A model generated the notes under the pieces. The model saw only the letters and a list, made by a program, of their open reading frames with translations, searched no databases and was not told where the DNA came from. A stretch of 62,291 nt of DNA, counting the filler. It is 4 parts of 4 records of this genome, joined end to end, with 100 filler letters (N's around TTAATTAATTAA, not from the genome) between each part and the next. Parts side by side here need not be neighbours in the genome. Positions count along the whole stretch, not along the records: positions 53,499 to 62,291 come from SRR31156797_4752; 3 more parts are not named here. One strand, given 5' to 3'. Positions 59,576-62,291 of this stretch are shown here, piece after piece. Position numbers and translations under genes: made by a program. Every line of letters starts with the position of its first letter. The first letter of the stretch is position 1.

Positions 59576-61141
59576 ATGCAAATAACAATAAACCATAAAA
59601 CCATTTCCATTCCAGAAGGAACCACAATTCTGCAGGCTGCCAGTACCGAAGGAATCAAGATTCCAACCATGTGCTATGGCCATGATGGCTATCACAACCA
59701 TCCATCCTGCATGATTTGCGTGGTGAAGGAGTTGAAGTCGGGCAAATTGTTGCCGGCATGCGCAACCAAGGCAATGGATGGCATGGATATCCTAACCCAC
59801 GACAAAGAGGTGATTGAAACCCGAAAAGAGTCGCTGGAACTTTTAATCAGCGATCATGTTGGCGATTGCGAGGCCCCATGCCGTATTGCCTGCCCTGCTT
59901 TTATGGACATTCCAAAGATGAACCGCCTGATTGCCGCAGGCAGATTTTCTGATGCGCTGAAAGTTGTAAAAGAGGAAATTGCCCTTCCATCTATCCTTGG
60001 ATATATTTGCCCCGCACCCTGCGAAAAGGTTTGTCGCCGCAACCAGACCGACCAGGCTGTTTCGATTTGCCAGCTTAAGAAGTTTGTTGCCAATCAAGAC
60101 TATAATTCCAAAAAACCCTGGTTTCCAGAAAAAGAAAAATCTACAGGAAAAAAGATTGCAATTATCGGATCGGGGCCGGCCGGCCTGGCGTGTGCATTTC
60201 ATCTTGTAAAATCAGGCCATCGTGTCATCGTTTATGAAAAGGAAAACAAGGCCGGTGGGAACCTGCTGAAAATCCCGGAATCAGAACTTCCATCCGAAGC
60301 ACTGCAAATTGAATTAAACTGGCTGGAAAAGTTCGGGGTTGAATTCCACACAGGTGAAACGATAACACAAGGCATGTTCCTCTATCAATTCACTGCCGAG
60401 TTTGATGCAGTGGTTGTTGCAACTGGAGCTACAGATGCCAATGTACCTCACTTCCTCGGACTGGAATATCATGCATCAGGCCTGATTGCCGATCCGGAAA
60501 CATTTGAAACCCGGCACGAAGGTGTTTTTGCCTGTGGCAGTATCATCCGTGAACAAAAGATGGCGGTGAAAGCCCTGGCGCAGGGCAAAGCGGCAGCAAA
60601 AAATGTGAATAAATATCTGGCCGGTGAAAAGGTTGAAATGGCCGTGAAACAGTTTAATTCAAAATTTGGTAAGCTGCAACCTGATGAAGTTCAGGAATAC
60701 CTGAAAGAAGCTACTGATGATGGACGCTTTGAGCCCGTATCAGGCAACCTGCCTGGTTTTACTGATAAAGAAGCAAAGACCGAGGCAGCAAGATGTATGC
60801 ACTGCGATTGCAGGAAAGTGGATAACTGCAAGTTGAGAATTTACAGTGACGAATACAAAATCGATCGCCGAAAGTATTTGGGATACGAGCGGAAAACAAT
60901 CAAAAAATATTTTACCCACGAATCCATTGTTTATGAACCTGAAAAATGCATCAGATGCGGATTGTGTGTGGAGATAACAAAAGCTGAAAAAAATCTGGAA
61001 GGATTAACCTTTATTGGCCGGGGTTTCGATGTTAAAATTGATATCCCATTCAACGATCGGCTGGAAAATGCGTTAAATACTACAGCACTCAAATGTGCTG
61101 AACTTTGTCCCACCGGGGCAATCTCCGAAAGGAGGCTTTAA
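59576..61141 (+). CDS. NuoG/HydA-type Fe-S subunit with inserted, shortened GltD-like FAD domain (StnC-like)
   Basis: N-terminal 2Fe-2S, CEAPCRIACP/ICPAPCE, GSGPAG, CMHCDC, CIRCGLC, CAELCPTGA. Confidence 0.88.
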   Translation: MQITINHKTISIPEGTTILQAASTEGIKIPTMCYGHDGYHNHPSCMICVVKELKSGKLLPACATKAMDGMDILTHDKEVIETRKESLELLISDHVGDCEAPCRIACPAFMDIPKMNRLIAAGRFSDALKVVKEEIALPSILGYICPAPCEKVCRRNQTDQAVSICQLKKFVANQDYNSKKPWFPEKEKSTGKKIAIIGSGPAGLACAFHLVKSGHRVIVYEKENKAGGNLLKIPESELPSEALQIELNWLEKFGVEFHTGETITQGMFLYQFTAEFDAVVVATGATDANVPHFLGLEYHASGLIADPETFETRHEGVFACGSIIREQKMAVKALAQGKAAAKNVNKYLAGEKVEMAVKQFNSKFGKLQPDEVQEYLKEATDDGRFEPVSGNLPGFTDKEAKTEAARCMHCDCRKVDNCKLRIYSDEYKIDRRKYLGYERKTIKKYFTHESIVYEPEKCIRCGLCVEITKAEKNLEGLTFIGRGFDVKIDIPFNDRLENALNTTALKCAELCPTGAISERRL

Positions 61142-61152
61142 TTTATAAGATA

Positions 61153-62277
61153 ATGAAAAACATACGTTTAATAAAACCAGTATTGGTCGTTGCATTTTTT
61201 ACTGTCCTGATGGGAAACAGTGGAGTAGCGCAAACCAAAACCTGCTGGCCTAACTTCAGGGGAAATGCAAGTCTTTCCGGCGTTGCCGAAGTTAAACTTC
61301 CTGAAAAGGTTAGTCTGGTATGGAGTTTCAAAACTGAAGATGTGATTAAATCATCACCCATCATCTGCAACAACACAGTTTTTGTAGGTTCGAATGACGG
61401 ATACATTTATGCCCTGGACACAAATGGCAACCTCAAATGGAAATTCAACACAGAAACCTCTGTCGAAGCGCCTCCGCTTTACCTTGATGGCAAAATTTAT
61501 GTTGGATCATTGGAAGGAGTTTTTTTTGCAATTGATGCTGAAACCGGGGATTTAATCTGGAAATACATGACCGACGGACAGATTTCCGGTGCAGCCGGAT
61601 GGGCAACGGACGAGGATGGAAAAAAAATGATCTTTGTTGGGAGCTACGACTTTTTCCTGCATGCGCTGGATGCGGAGACTGGCAAGCTCATCTGGAATTA
61701 CGAATCCGATAACTACATCAACGGAGCGCCAGCCACTGATGATAGATCTGTGGTTTTTGGAGGCTGCGACGGCCATCTACATTTTGTGGATATAAAAACT
61801 GGAAAAATAAAAGAAAAAATAGAAGTCGGAACATACATCGCATCCTCAGCCGCCATTACAGATAAAATGGCTTTTGTTGGAGATTACGACGGTGGATTTC
61901 ATGGAATCAGCCTGGCAAAAGGCGAAATACGCTGGAGGCATGAAAATGCAGGAGAGATTATGGGAGCCCCTGCAGTTTCAGGAAAGCATGTTGTAATCGG
62001 CACCAGGAAAAAGGATGTACTCTGTTTCGATATAGCATCCGGAACAGTACTCTGGAAATATAAGGCCCTGGGAAAGATTGAAAGCTCTCCTGTGATCAGT
62101 CAGGACAAAGTAATCGTTACCTCGCTTGATGGAAGGGTTTATTTCCTGGACCTCAAATCCGGAGAAAAGACGTTCGAGTATGAAATCGGCAGCCCAATGT
62201 TTTCAACACCAGCGGTGATTGATGGGTTGATTGTAGTTGGTGCCGAGGACGGAGGTGTTTATGGGTTGACGTGGTAG
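61153..62277 (+). CDS. Exported PQQ-type (BamB-like) beta-propeller protein
   Basis: Signal peptide ending GVA-Q, WPNFRG, eight SSP..VGS.DG..W-like blades. Confidence 0.9.
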   Translation: MKNIRLIKPVLVVAFFTVLMGNSGVAQTKTCWPNFRGNASLSGVAEVKLPEKVSLVWSFKTEDVIKSSPIICNNTVFVGSNDGYIYALDTNGNLKWKFNTETSVEAPPLYLDGKIYVGSLEGVFFAIDAETGDLIWKYMTDGQISGAAGWATDEDGKKMIFVGSYDFFLHALDAETGKLIWNYESDNYINGAPATDDRSVVFGGCDGHLHFVDIKTGKIKEKIEVGTYIASSAAITDKMAFVGDYDGGFHGISLAKGEIRWRHENAGEIMGAPAVSGKHVVIGTRKKDVLCFDIASGTVLWKYKALGKIESSPVISQDKVIVTSLDGRVYFLDLKSGEKTFEYEIGSPMFSTPAVIDGLIVVGAEDGGVYGLTW

Positions 62278-62291
62278 AGATACATTTGTAA

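Noticed and set aside
61153-62277. Calling the propeller bamB or a PQQ dehydrogenase
   Set aside because: No clear lipobox or bam context, and no dehydrogenase active-site motifs recognised; only the fold is supported

Overview
This window is not contiguous DNA. It is four contigs joined by 100-nt N/TTAATTAATTAA linkers at 25226-25325, 38178-38277 and 53399-53498. Contigs A (1-25225), B (25326-38177) and D (53499-62291) look like a Bacteroidales-type organism (T9SS cargo, TonB-dependent receptors, TAnnTTTG promoter boxes). Contig A carries lgt, dprA, two T9SS proteins, a TPR-LuxR regulator, yceD-rpmF-plsX-fabH, and a pheA-aminotransferase-tyrA-DAHP synthase/chorismate mutase operon with a Phe/Tyr-rich leader attenuator. 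Contig B carries an FMN riboswitch ahead of a TonB-dependent receptor, a paralogous receptor, a nucleotide pyrophosphatase lipoprotein, Maf, a chemoreceptor and a truncated PAS kinase. Contig C (38278-53398) is much more AT-rich, uses AGGAGG RBSs and TTGACA/TATAAT promoters, and probably comes from another organism. It holds tRNA-Leu, housekeeping genes, a CI/Cro-like pair with no phage genes, structured intergenic RNA candidates and two related unannotated small peptides. Contig D is the best candidate for an undescribed system: a membrane polyferredoxin, two PQQ-type beta-propellers, a fused NuoE/NuoF protein with electron-bifurcation signatures, and an StnC-like subunit lacking both its NAD(P)H domain and any catalytic domain. 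All calls come from reading motifs by eye; no database searches were run.
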